64,000 nt of DNA, from the IMG/VR virus record IMGVR_UViG_3300025137_000027, positions 1-64,000 of that record. The stretch is one strand, 5' to 3'. Under the pieces are notes generated by a model that worked only from the letters and a program-made list of their open reading frames with translations, ran no database searches and had not been told where the DNA came from. Shown piece after piece: positions 46,868-55,295 of this stretch. The translations under genes and the position numbers were made by a program. Numbering within the stretch: the first letter of the stretch is position 1; each line of letters starts with the position of its first letter. The DNA is from a virus.

Positions 46868-47628
46868 TAGTTTAATGCTGCTTCACTGAAAAACTCGGTG
46901 ATTTTAGCATGTGTTTTAACAGTCTCGTGAGCTGAAGAACGTTTAGCTGCTTCAGTACAGTTATTGTACAGCTTCCAAACGGTGTCATTCATAAGTTTGC
47001 CCTCTTCTGTTTGCTCGAAAGCCCACAACTCAGAGTCATAGATCTCTTTCTTTAGGTCGCTAAGCATACGTGGTGAAAGAACACCGTCGAAGTACATGCG
47101 TCCAGCTAATTGAGCGGCACGTTCTGGGCTAATTATTACATTCTCTGCCTTAGTCCTGAAGTCTACCAACTTTGTAAAGTTCCTATGCATCTGGTCTACT
47201 TGGGTATCTACAGAAGTATAAATGTCATCCCAGATATTGCTATGATGGCGTCGTGTAAACGTGTTTTCATCTCCAATAAACATACCGTTAGAGCATGCCA
47301 TAACTACAGCTCCTGATGCAAAGGATACCTTGCGCATCTTGTTGTAGCTATTCATAAAAGCAAATACTCGGTTCATCCCGGGTGTTTCAGGACTATTGAT
47401 ATGAAGCTTACAAAGCATTACTTGTCCTTTTAAAGAGGACTCAAATTCTTCATTGACAATGGTCAAGCCGTGCTGACGTATTCTTTCAGTCACCGTGTTA
47501 TACAGCTCCTCGTTTGCTACGGGACCGTACGTTCTTGTCGCCATCGGTACGGCTTGTTGAAATAGCCCTCTTTTGTTTTGCTGTGCTCGGAGTTGACGCA
47601 CTTGCGATTGTTCTGTTACTAGGTTCAT
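46867..47628 (-). CDS. DUF932-family phage/plasmid protein
   Basis: NSYN...V.ACSNG...RRH...W.LYN..TE. Confidence 0.7.
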   Translation of the reverse strand: MNLVTEQSQVRQLRAQQNKRGLFQQAVPMATRTYGPVANEELYNTVTERIRQHGLTIVNEEFESSLKGQVMLCKLHINSPETPGMNRVFAFMNSYNKMRKVSFASGAVVMACSNGMFIGDENTFTRRHHSNIWDDIYTSVDTQVDQMHRNFTKLVDFRTKAENVIISPERAAQLAGRMYFDGVLSPRMLSDLKKEIYDSELWAFEQTEEGKLMNDTVWKLYNNCTEAAKRSSAHETVKTHAKITEFFSEAALN

Positions 47629-47830
47629 TCTTAAGGATATTAAGGGTTTCTGTTACTCTTCTAATTTCGGCTAAAAGCATATCGTGCTTCTCGCTACTAA
47701 TATCTGGATCATGTAAGGAAAATGTAATTAGACGATCTAAATAGTCTAACCAATATAACCTTCTATGATGCAAAGGGAGATGCTCGTATCGTGCGAACGA
47801 GGTATCATCGTATACTTTCATTTGCTCCAT
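47498..47830 (-). CDS. hypothetical protein
   Basis: ORF filling the gap between polA and DUF932; long 3' overlap. Confidence 0.45.
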   Translation of the reverse strand: MEQMKVYDDTSFARYEHLPLHHRRLYWLDYLDRLITFSLHDPDISSEKHDMLLAEIRRVTETLNILKNEPSNRTIASASTPSTAKQKRAISTSRTDGDKNVRSRSKRGAV

Positions 47831-49698
47831 TTATCTGTAATCTCGACCTCTGCTTTGAGTAGGTCGTTTCCCATGATGTGTTCTGCGGCTTCTTCCATAA
47901 GTTCTTTAAGTTTAGCAGCCCACTCCTCGGCATAATCGCGCGGACATGTCGTATCGATCTGATCGTGTACGGTCATGACGAGTTCTACGGGTATATTATT
48001 GTTCTTGATATAGTCATAGCATAGCACCAGAGCGTGTTTGGTCATGTCAGCAGCAGTACCCTGAATAGGTGTATTCTTACTGACACGCTCGATGCGTCCT
48101 TTAGTAGCCATGTCCATACCTCGCGGCATCCAGTCATCAAACCATCGGGTACGTCCCCATGGTGCAAATGTCTTGATGAATCCTTGCTTGACACCAGCTC
48201 TAGACATACCCTCCAAGAAGTCTTTAATCTTGGGGAATGCTTTGAAGTAGTTCTCAATCAAGGTAGAAGCCTCAGACATGGAAATCTCCATAGTCTCTGA
48301 TAGCTTCTTAGGCCCCATACCGTAGGCGAGTCCAAAGTTGATACTCTTAACTGCGGTACGTAGCTTCTTATGTTCGGGACAGCTGCACTTCTCAAAGCCC
48401 TGTTCAAATACACACGAGTCTTCAGCGGCATCCTTCCATCGTTCCCCGAACACAAGTGCTGCGCAGACGCTATGCAAATCGTGTCCATTGCGGAGGGCGT
48501 GATTGAAGACCGGGTCTTTAGATCCGTGAGCTATGATACAAAGCTCTTGTGAAGAGTAGTCAGCTGATACAAATACATGGTCGGGCTTAGTGATGAAACA
48601 ATTACGATAGCTGTTATCAGCAGGTATCTGTTGCATGTTAGGCTCTTTGCAAGACACACGGCCCGTCCGTTTAATCTGAACGAAACGCGGGTGAATCTTA
48701 CCGTCATCATATACATGAGCCATGAACGCTTCACCAAAGGAAGAAACCTTCTTACTCATCTCTCGATACTTACGTAGTAGCTTACCGAGATCATGCATAG
48801 AAGCAATCTTAAATGTATCACGTTCTGACGTACCCATGATACTATTATCTATGCATTGGAATACACGTAGAGTCTGCATAGGGCTATCCCAATTGAGACG
48901 AGTGCCCATAACCTCAGAGTCAGCAAGAAACATATCAAGCTGAGAGGCAGGGGTACGCACAGATTGGAACGTGTCGTCTGTGTCGATGATAGTGTTAAGG
49001 TCTGATATGCATTGGACTGATTGTTGAGCGAGTGCATCAACCATATTCATCCAAGGCTTTTTGTCAAGAGTGAGGCCGTTGTATTCTATGGTGAGGAAAG
49101 CAAGGCATGCTTGACACTCGAGACGAGCGATATGCATGAGCTTGTTTTTCTTGAGTGCTGAAATCTGAGCGAGCATTACAGGTTTGAGGTACTTGACATC
49201 ATCGGCAGCATAACGTAGCTGTCGTTCAGTAAGTTTAAGACCTGCGCTGAATGTGGTACGAACGGATTTATCTAAGCGAACCTGACAATACCGTTGCACT
49301 ACAGAGTCTAGACCAGCACGTAGGTTAGTACCACTGACGAGTATCTGCTCACATAGCATAGTGTCGTAGATAGGTACATCAATCTGATAGCCATGGTACA
49401 TTAGAAACTTGAGGTCAAACTTGATGTTATGACCAACCATCATCTCGCATGTATTGAGTGTCTCAAACATACTAGTGAGGTCTTCTTTGTTATAGATGAA
49501 GACCCATTGGTCATTGGTATCATGAGCGATTTGTATCGAGAGGATACGGTCGCCCATAAAGTTGAACCCTGTTGTTTCTATGTCTACGAATAGGTATACA
49601 TGGTCCCTGAGAGCTGCTAGTGCAGCATCCCAGGGCATGTATTCATATCCGTCTGTGCATTCTGATTCCTGTGGGCTAGTGGTGACGAGGTATATCAT
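47818..49698 (-). CDS. polA: family A DNA polymerase with 3'-5' exonuclease
   Basis: DIETTG, HNIKFD, YAADDV, TGRVS, ADYSSQE, RTAVKSINFGLAYG, VHDQ; start placed at ATG 49698 (MIYLV). Confidence 0.93.
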   Translation of the reverse strand: MIYLVTTSPQESECTDGYEYMPWDAALAALRDHVYLFVDIETTGFNFMGDRILSIQIAHDTNDQWVFIYNKEDLTSMFETLNTCEMMVGHNIKFDLKFLMYHGYQIDVPIYDTMLCEQILVSGTNLRAGLDSVVQRYCQVRLDKSVRTTFSAGLKLTERQLRYAADDVKYLKPVMLAQISALKKNKLMHIARLECQACLAFLTIEYNGLTLDKKPWMNMVDALAQQSVQCISDLNTIIDTDDTFQSVRTPASQLDMFLADSEVMGTRLNWDSPMQTLRVFQCIDNSIMGTSERDTFKIASMHDLGKLLRKYREMSKKVSSFGEAFMAHVYDDGKIHPRFVQIKRTGRVSCKEPNMQQIPADNSYRNCFITKPDHVFVSADYSSQELCIIAHGSKDPVFNHALRNGHDLHSVCAALVFGERWKDAAEDSCVFEQGFEKCSCPEHKKLRTAVKSINFGLAYGMGPKKLSETMEISMSEASTLIENYFKAFPKIKDFLEGMSRAGVKQGFIKTFAPWGRTRWFDDWMPRGMDMATKGRIERVSKNTPIQGTAADMTKHALVLCYDYIKNNNIPVELVMTVHDQIDTTCPRDYAEEWAAKLKELMEEAAEHIMGNDLLKAEVEITDKWSK

Positions 49699-50416
49699 TG
49701 ACGTTGAGCTTAGAGCTACGCAAGCCTTTGTTATACCAGTATAGCATATGACGTGCCCAATTACCGGTACCTGATTGCTGTAGTATAGACTCAAAGTTAC
49801 GTTCTAATGCGTAGAATAATCTCTCCGCATCGAAGTTATGGTCACGCTGAAGCCACATAATACCTATTAGTACAGACTTCTGGCAAAACATATCTCGGAT
49901 TTTAGATAATGCATGGATCTTATCTAAGATGTACTTTTTCTCATCGGTCAGTTCGAATTTAAACTCTCCGTTCCTGATGACTACTGTATGAGTACTAGCT
50001 GCCGAATTCTTATGAAGGAAGCTTGCAAGAGCCGATAACTTAAGAGGCTTATAAGCTTCTGCGTATGCCTGTAAATTGGCATAATTTTCATTACCACTTT
50101 CAGCATAGTAATGAATCCAGTCTTGAATTCTCCATTGCCGTTGATTAGCATTTATCTCAGGCACGATATGAAATGGTATATCACGCTTGATGTACTTAAC
50201 CTGTACTGGTGTATCAGCAGTCTGGTTGATTGCTCGGATTGCTTCAAGTCTATGCTGACCGTCGGCTACCGTCATATCTTTATTGACAATGATAGGCATG
50301 AGCTGCCCATGCTCTTTGAGGGATTCGACAAGCAGTTTAACAAAACTTTGAATTACTAGTCGGTTACGTGGATCAAATTGGAACTGGTCCAAGTTGGTAG
50401 TCGTTTGAATTTTCAT
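49676..50416 (-). CDS. ParB/Srx N-terminal domain protein
   Basis: NR, PIIV, DGQHRLEA, N..QR.W. Confidence 0.7.
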   Translation of the reverse strand: MKIQTTTNLDQFQFDPRNRLVIQSFVKLLVESLKEHGQLMPIIVNKDMTVADGQHRLEAIRAINQTADTPVQVKYIKRDIPFHIVPEINANQRQWRIQDWIHYYAESGNENYANLQAYAEAYKPLKLSALASFLHKNSAASTHTVVIRNGEFKFELTDEKKYILDKIHALSKIRDMFCQKSVLIGIMWLQRDHNFDAERLFYALERNFESILQQSGTGNWARHMLYWYNKGLRSSKLNVNDIPRHH

Positions 50417-50418
50417 GT

Positions 50419-50739
50419 TTAAGAAGTTAAGGAAATAGTCTCGTTGTCTTGATGCAGCTTGAGCTTACCGAGGTCAGCTTGTATCTGCATATCTACTAAC
50501 TCTCCTAAGCTGCAAGCCTCACGGGTAGCAAGTTCTTTGTGAAGAGTTTTTGTCACGATACCTAAAGTGTCGCCTACCTCAAGCATCTTATTGAGCTTGT
50601 GGTTGTGCTTGGCTTTACGCATTAACATGTCGTGAAGAGCGGTCATGAGTTCCACGGCATTCATACTAGATATGTCGTGTTGCTTGCCGTCACGTGTTTG
50701 GTATACGGCATTCGGTGTTTCTGTAGGTACTAGGGTCAT
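50419..50739 (-). CDS. hypothetical protein
   Basis: 106-aa ORF with a leader motif. Confidence 0.55.
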   Translation of the reverse strand: MTLVPTETPNAVYQTRDGKQHDISSMNAVELMTALHDMLMRKAKHNHKLNKMLEVGDTLGIVTKTLHKELATREACSLGELVDMQIQADLGKLKLHQDNETISLTS

Positions 50740-50753
50740 GATGAAAAGGGGTT

Positions 50754-50784
50754 AAAAAGGAGAGAAGCACATGGCTTCCCTCCT
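50754..50784 (-). terminator. intrinsic terminator
   Basis: AGGAG.GAAGC/GCTTC.CTCCT hairpin followed by a T-run on the minus strand. Confidence 0.65.
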
Positions 50785-50790
50785 GTAAGA

Positions 50791-51300
50791 TTAATGGTTC
50801 GCTACTATCCCGCGTGCAGTAGATACTACTTCGTTAGCACCAGGGTTAGAGTAAGTCATATCTCCGTTCATAGGTACACGTGTAGCATCGGCTACTAGTG
50901 TGCGTCCGCTTCGGTCAAAGGCAGCTTTGATTGCCATATTGAACTCAGCCGAATTTGGATTACCTTGCACAAAGCAAGTAGCATTGTTGCGAACTTCTCC
51001 GTTGATTTCATACGGAATAACTTCACGACGTACGATCTGACCTTCTACTACCATGCCAGGAGCGGCATTCCATAGATAGTCAGAGACAGCAGACGAGTCG
51101 TCTTCGTCATAGAGATAGGGTACCTTGTAGCCAATGGTACGCACTGTCTTGCCTGGAGACAAGACTTGATGGATTTCTCCTGTTGATGGATTGGTCCAAC
51201 TTCCTTCTGTGGCAGTAGTGCCGAGTGTGACGCGTTTGTATTCGCGTCCGTTCTTGTCGCTACAAACTTCAGTAGCAACTACTTCAATCATGTTACTCAT
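50791..51300 (-). CDS. hypothetical protein, possibly OB-fold ssDNA-binding
   Basis: 169 aa, beta-rich (DKNGREYKRVTL), has its own terminator. Confidence 0.5.
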   Translation of the reverse strand: MSNMIEVVATEVCSDKNGREYKRVTLGTTATEGSWTNPSTGEIHQVLSPGKTVRTIGYKVPYLYDEDDSSAVSDYLWNAAPGMVVEGQIVRREVIPYEINGEVRNNATCFVQGNPNSAEFNMAIKAAFDRSGRTLVADATRVPMNGDMTYSNPGANEVVSTARGIVANH

Positions 51301-51348
51301 GTTGATAGGTATTAAGGGTAAATAAAATTAAATATATCGAAATCTGAT

Positions 51349-51657
51349 ATGGCACGTAACTCATTAGCTGGTAAGGGCCGCACTTATAAGAAGCGTGGCA
51401 TGACTGCGAGGAGTATCGCAAAGAAGCGTAAGTATGATGCTGAGTATCAGAAGAAACGATCCGCTGTTAAGAAGCGTGTCCAAGCTAATAGAGCTAATAG
51501 ACGCGCTGGTACTTATGGTAATGGTGACGGTAAGGACGCCAGCCATAAGAAAGGAGGCAAGATTGTAATGGAGAAAGCCTCCAAGAATCGAGCACGTAAT
51601 GGTATGAAGAAAGGTCGTAAGCCTTCATCACGCCGTCGCAATACAAAAAAGAAATAA
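51349..51657 (+). CDS. basic HNH-like protein
   Basis: R/K-rich; GDGKDASH...NRARN degenerate HNH pattern; lone plus-strand gene in a minus-strand block. Confidence 0.6.
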   Translation: MARNSLAGKGRTYKKRGMTARSIAKKRKYDAEYQKKRSAVKKRVQANRANRRAGTYGNGDGKDASHKKGGKIVMEKASKNRARNGMKKGRKPSSRRRNTKKK

Positions 51658-51820
51658 CCTACCGAGCGTTCCAACATCCCCTGCCTGCAAGCAAAGAGGA
51701 GCGTAATAAGCCTTTCAAACGGTTATTCCCTGATGTAAATGTCTTACAAGTGTCGGGGACTTGCTGCTATGTAACAGTCCGAAGACAAGACAAAGCTGAG
51801 GGGTAGTCATATTGGGGGAG

Positions 51821-51854
51821 AAAAGCAAGAGGGCCAGCATCTCTGCTAGCCCTC
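51821..51854 (-). terminator. intrinsic terminator (possibly bidirectional)
   Basis: GAGGGC.AGCA/TGCT.GCCCTC stem with TTGCTTTT on the minus strand. Confidence 0.65.
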
Positions 51855-52000
51855 CGTCCTTTTACTAATCCACCCTGTGGAACTACATTGGGTCAAGCTG
51901 TAGTAGGCTCGTAGACATAAACTACTTCTATAGGATAGGAACATGTAGTTACCCACCCTGTCTGCTGTGTGGTGCTATAATTAACCCTTAATACTGGCAC
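51821..52000 (-). ncRNA. candidate ~180-nt structured small RNA
   Basis: Bounded by a consensus Bacteroidota promoter and a terminator; multi-stem fold; only 32-35 codon ORFs. Confidence 0.4.
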
Positions 52001-52004
52001 GAGC

Positions 52005-52036
52005 CAAATATACAAGAGTTGCATATAACTACCAAA
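52005..52036 (-). promoter_or_regulatory. Bacteroidota primary-sigma promoter (-33 TTTG, -7 TATATTTG)
   Basis: Minus strand reads TTTG-N20-TATATTTG, matching TTTG-N19-21-TAnnTTTG. Confidence 0.7.
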
Positions 52037-52056
52037 CAACATATAGAAACTTTATA

Positions 52057-52305
52057 TTAGCTGTGCATATTGGTGACAGCAGTGTCCCAATTCATACCTC
52101 TTTTAAATATCTCAACTGGTTCAGTTAAGGTGTAAGAGCGTTCATCCATGCGATTGGCATTGGCATAAGACTTAGCTTCTGCTTCAGCTGCCCAGGGTGT
52201 ATGGCTATAGAATGGTAGTCGTGAACCCTTATCTGTTTCGATAAGAACACACTTCCAAGTAGCCTTGCTAGACCACTTGCCGGATGTTTTAGCATTGGCT
52301 CCCAT
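52057..52305 (-). CDS. hypothetical early protein
   Basis: 82-aa ORF, coupled. Confidence 0.55.
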   Translation of the reverse strand: MGANAKTSGKWSSKATWKCVLIETDKGSRLPFYSHTPWAAEAEAKSYANANRMDERSYTLTEPVEIFKRGMNWDTAVTNMHS

Positions 52306-52574
52306 TACTTCCCCATCTTTTGTTCGTACAGACGATCAGCTGCATCCTCAAAAGCTTCTGCTTTATTCGTGATGACAAGATCAGAGTCTTCAAGATGGGT
52401 ACTGATACCCTCTCTGACACCACCTAAAGGTTCTAGCTTGTGCCTGATAAGAGCAACTGTATCAAGTTCGAGTGTCTCTTTATCTGGACACTCGCAGTCA
52501 TCGTATGTCACGCATACGGTTATGTATACCTCACCACTAAATTGAGGTAAGGTGTAATCTTCGTTAGGATTCAT
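52305..52574 (-). CDS. hypothetical early protein (acidic)
   Basis: 89-aa ORF with a leader motif. Confidence 0.55.
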   Translation of the reverse strand: MNPNEDYTLPQFSGEVYITVCVTYDDCECPDKETLELDTVALIRHKLEPLGGVREGISTHLEDSDLVITNKAEAFEDAADRLYEQKMGK

Positions 52575-52604
52575 GTTACTTAATTTAAGGTTACTAATTT
52601 AAGA

Positions 52605-52634
52605 TAAAGGGACTGGCTTTTACACCAGCCCCTT
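52605..52634 (-). terminator. terminator-like hairpin
   Basis: AAGGGGCTGG/CCAGTCCCTT stem on the minus strand with a short T tail. Confidence 0.45.
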
Positions 52635-52643
52635 CATCACCCC

Positions 52644-53015
52644 TTATTCATGGTAAGCCTTACCTAGAATAGTGCGGTAATAATGACGCTCGGATTCAAC
52701 TCGAGTACTTCTCCTGACATAGGAAAGAATACTGGAAGAAATAAGAGCGCCATATAAAGAGAACTTAATCATAAACCATAGTATAGAGCTATCAGTTTGG
52801 ATGTCTAGATACATAGAGAGTAACATACATCCAAAGGTTAGCCCATATGCTACGCGTTCGCTGATTTCTGCATCATCTAATAACTTGCAGAGCTTGAGTA
52901 CTTGTACTCTGTGGTCGTCTGCCTGTTTGGGAGTCATGCCATCGAGTGGGTCAGGCAGCTGACTCCAGTTTAGTTTATTCAATGGGATGCTACGCTTATT
53001 GATTGACTTACTCAT
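52644..53015 (-). CDS. two-TM membrane protein
   Basis: ATG at 53015 is ATGA-coupled to the upstream lipoprotein gene; two hydrophobic segments. Confidence 0.55.
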   Translation of the reverse strand: MSKSINKRSIPLNKLNWSQLPDPLDGMTPKQADDHRVQVLKLCKLLDDAEISERVAYGLTFGCMLLSMYLDIQTDSSILWFMIKFSLYGALISSSILSYVRRSTRVESERHYYRTILGKAYHE

Positions 53016-53164
53016 GGTGCAGGTGTTTGATATGCAGGACAAGAATTGTAGGATCGGGAACTACCACTAACATGAGAGGTAGAAGAACAAGAGGTTAAGA
53101 ATGCCACAGTAAAGAGTACTGCAAGACATATCCAAAGAAGTCTAGTTTTATGAAGGGTATTCAT
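53012..53164 (-). CDS. 50-aa lipoprotein (below the ORF-track cutoff)
   Basis: MNTLHKTRLLWICLAVLFTVAFLTSC-SSTSHVSGSSRSYNSCPAYQTPAP; lipobox LTSC. Confidence 0.65.
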   Translation of the reverse strand: MNTLHKTRLLWICLAVLFTVAFLTSCSSTSHVSGSSRSYNSCPAYQTPAP

Positions 53165-53182
53165 GGCTTATAGAATAAAGGG

Positions 53183-53497
53183 TTAAAAGATAGGACAGTC
53201 TGCAACAGATATAGGCTGTGAATTAGGCTGAGGTTTCCATGCCTTGTAGTCATTGATGAGCTTATAGACACATGCTTTATGAATTACATAAGCATCCATG
53301 TTCTCGATAGTATCGCACCTGGTCATGCCTTCTTTAATATCTGAAAGCATCTTGATGCGCGTTACAAGTCGTTGGCGTTCTACTTGTGAGCTAGTAAGGT
53401 TAGCTGAGAAGTCAGCTTCTCTCATGAACGTTTCACGTTCTTCGAGCTGCACACTGTAGTCATTGATAAGGTCTTGGGTGTAATTAGGAGTCCACAT
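53183..53497 (-). CDS. hypothetical early protein
   Basis: 104-aa ORF with a leader motif. Confidence 0.55.
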   Translation of the reverse strand: MWTPNYTQDLINDYSVQLEERETFMREADFSANLTSSQVERQRLVTRIKMLSDIKEGMTRCDTIENMDAYVIHKACVYKLINDYKAWKPQPNSQPISVADCPIF

Positions 53498-53566
53498 GTT
53501 ACTAGGTTTAAAAGGTTACTAAGAATCGGATTTGTCTCTACCACGTATAGAGAGAGACATAAATAC

Positions 53567-53848
53567 TTACCACTCTGTAGTAGAGCAGTAAGCACTAAAC
53601 AATGGTAGTATAGGTGAAGGTGTCTCATCTAGATAGAAGGTGTCTCTAACTGCTGAGCATTCGTTCTCTACAACTATCCAGTTAACAGTACATGAGTAGT
53701 AGAAGCCATAGATCTTCCCACATACACATTCGTCTGTTACGTTAGTAAGAGGTATGGTAGGTTCAATGACTTCTTTAGTGCATGCAGTTAAGGATGCTGT
53801 TAGGATGATAAGGATACAAATAAGACTATGATGAATGGAGTTATTCAT
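53567..53848 (-). CDS. Cys-rich lipoprotein
   Basis: Hydrophobic signal, lipobox LTAC followed by TKE; ECVCGKI...ENECS. Confidence 0.65.
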   Translation of the reverse strand: MNNSIHHSLICILIILTASLTACTKEVIEPTIPLTNVTDECVCGKIYGFYYSCTVNWIVVENECSAVRDTFYLDETPSPILPLFSAYCSTTEW

Positions 53849-54001
53849 AGTGCAAGGATTAGAAGGTTATAGCGATAAAGACTATAGTCTGTAGTACAGA
53901 TGATGTAGCAAGGCCTAAACAAAGGGTAAATAGCTATGCACACGTCCTGGTAGGCACATGCACATAGCTGTAAGTGTCGTCGTTCTGATGATAGTGTACA
54001 C

Positions 54002-54019
54002 TAAAGGCACCGAAGTGCC
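54002..54019 (-). terminator. UUCG-tetraloop hairpin terminator
   Basis: Minus strand GGCAC-TTCG-GTGCC-TTTA just after the 54027 stop. Confidence 0.6.
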
Positions 54020-54026
54020 CCGTACG

Positions 54027-54344
54027 TTAGTCACGTACTATACCATACCACTGCTTACCTTCTTCAGTAAGCCATGGTTCGTTGGTCTCTCGGTCTGTGT
54101 AAGGCACGAGCTTCACACCTTCGAGGGCCACAGCTTCCTTGCTGCAGAACTCTGGGTACGAACCACCGCCTTCACGGCACTCAACCCAAGTGCTTGTTAC
54201 TTGCTCGGTTAGCCCGAAGTGGGCAGCCCTAAGAGCATCTACAAACACCAGGTGTGTGCCGTTCAACGTAGTATCATCGAACGACTGAAGAACCAAGTTA
54301 CCAGTTTCGGTACGGTTCATAGGGAATAAGGTTAGCTTATCCAT
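54027..54344 (-). CDS. hypothetical protein, first gene of the minus-strand block
   Basis: 105-aa ORF with its own terminator. Confidence 0.6.
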   Translation of the reverse strand: MDKLTLFPMNRTETGNLVLQSFDDTTLNGTHLVFVDALRAAHFGLTEQVTSTWVECREGGGSYPEFCSKEAVALEGVKLVPYTDRETNEPWLTEEGKQWYGIVRD

Positions 54345-54479
54345 GAGTTTGGGGTTTATGTTTGTGTAGAGCAGGATTACTCTGGCACGGAGCCGAAGGG
54401 TAGTTGTATTGGGGGGTGTTAAGTTGGACCGAGCGGGAGGGGAGTAGTAATGGGGGTGGTGCTCATAAGCATATTTCCG

Positions 54480-54487
54480 TAACTTTG
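54480..54487 (+). promoter_or_regulatory. Bacteroidota -7 promoter element TAACTTTG
   Basis: Matches TAnnTTTG, 4 nt before ATG 54492, at the head of the plus-strand block. Confidence 0.5.
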
Positions 54488-54491
54488 AGAT

Positions 54492-54674
54492 ATGTCAGAA
54501 TTTTATCCGGTAAATATTCAGCTGGTAGAACCCTACATTTTTACTTTCTATGAGCAGGGTGGGGGTGACTTAGTAGTCATTACAACGACCGGGGGTTTGT
54601 ATATTACTAGTGACTTAGTGGGGGAGGGTACTGACACAGTCGCATTGGACTTACTCGAACAGAACATTAATTAA
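54492..54674 (+). CDS. hypothetical protein
   Basis: 60-aa ORF after the promoter element. Confidence 0.45.
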   Translation: MSEFYPVNIQLVEPYIFTFYEQGGGDLVVITTTGGLYITSDLVGEGTDTVALDLLEQNIN

Positions 54675-54680
54675 ATTATT

Positions 54681-54959
54681 ATGGAAGGCAAGTACTACAC
54701 AGATAGTAAGACACGTAAGGTTATTGATTCCTTACTTAAGATGAATGCTGCTATACAAGCGAACATTGGCACTAATAGCGCAGTGGATATTAAGTCGCCG
54801 GGGGCTGCAGAACAGTTATGGCATCAGTGGTTAGTTGAGATTAAACAGCTTGATCCGTTGTTTTATAAGTCTATTTCTACCGCAGAGGAGAAAGAGATGG
54901 TGGCTAAGAAAATCTATAGTAAGCGTAGGTTTAGGGAACAGCAAGCTGGTTCTGTATAA
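54681..54959 (+). CDS. hypothetical protein
   Basis: 92-aa ORF. Confidence 0.6.
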   Translation: MEGKYYTDSKTRKVIDSLLKMNAAIQANIGTNSAVDIKSPGAAEQLWHQWLVEIKQLDPLFYKSISTAEEKEMVAKKIYSKRRFREQQAGSV

Positions 54960-54986
54960 TTTTCTTATATTTCGGGCAAATATTAT

Positions 54987-55295
54987 GTGATGGAAATTGT
55001 CAAGCCCGGGATAGAGTATCGGCTGCACAACTTCAAGTCAGAAACAGAGTATCAAACAGTACGCTTCACCGAGAAGACACCTACTGGATTTGTACCAGGA
55101 ACGACTAATGAAGAAGTGGTGTCGATGTTTATTGATCGCCTGTATGCACTGCAGGCTAAAAACTTTTCTGTAGAAAATCAGTGTTGTATTATCTTACTTA
55201 AACAAGTTAGAGTGCTTCTAAAGAAGCGTTTAAATCGTAAGATCGACAGAGTAAACAAATACCAAGAGAATGCAGCTGGAGATCAAGACAAGTAA
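54987..55295 (+). CDS. hypothetical protein (GTTNEEV motif)
   Basis: PGTTNEEVVSMFIDRLYALQ..F...EN pattern seen in small phage proteins. Confidence 0.55.
   Translation: MMEIVKPGIEYRLHNFKSETEYQTVRFTEKTPTGFVPGTTNEEVVSMFIDRLYALQAKNFSVENQCCIILLKQVRVLLKKRLNRKIDRVNKYQENAAGDQDK

Noticed and set aside
49699-49794. Longer PolA N-terminus given in the track
   Set aside because: It lies deep inside the ParB-like gene; ATG at 49698 gives a normal short overlap
51309-51994. Invertible segment bounded by 11-bp inverted repeats GTATTAAGGGT/ACCCTTAATAC around the lone plus-strand gene
   Set aside because: No invertase in the window, and the repeat is better explained by the leader motif and sRNA complementarity; read-orientation data would be needed
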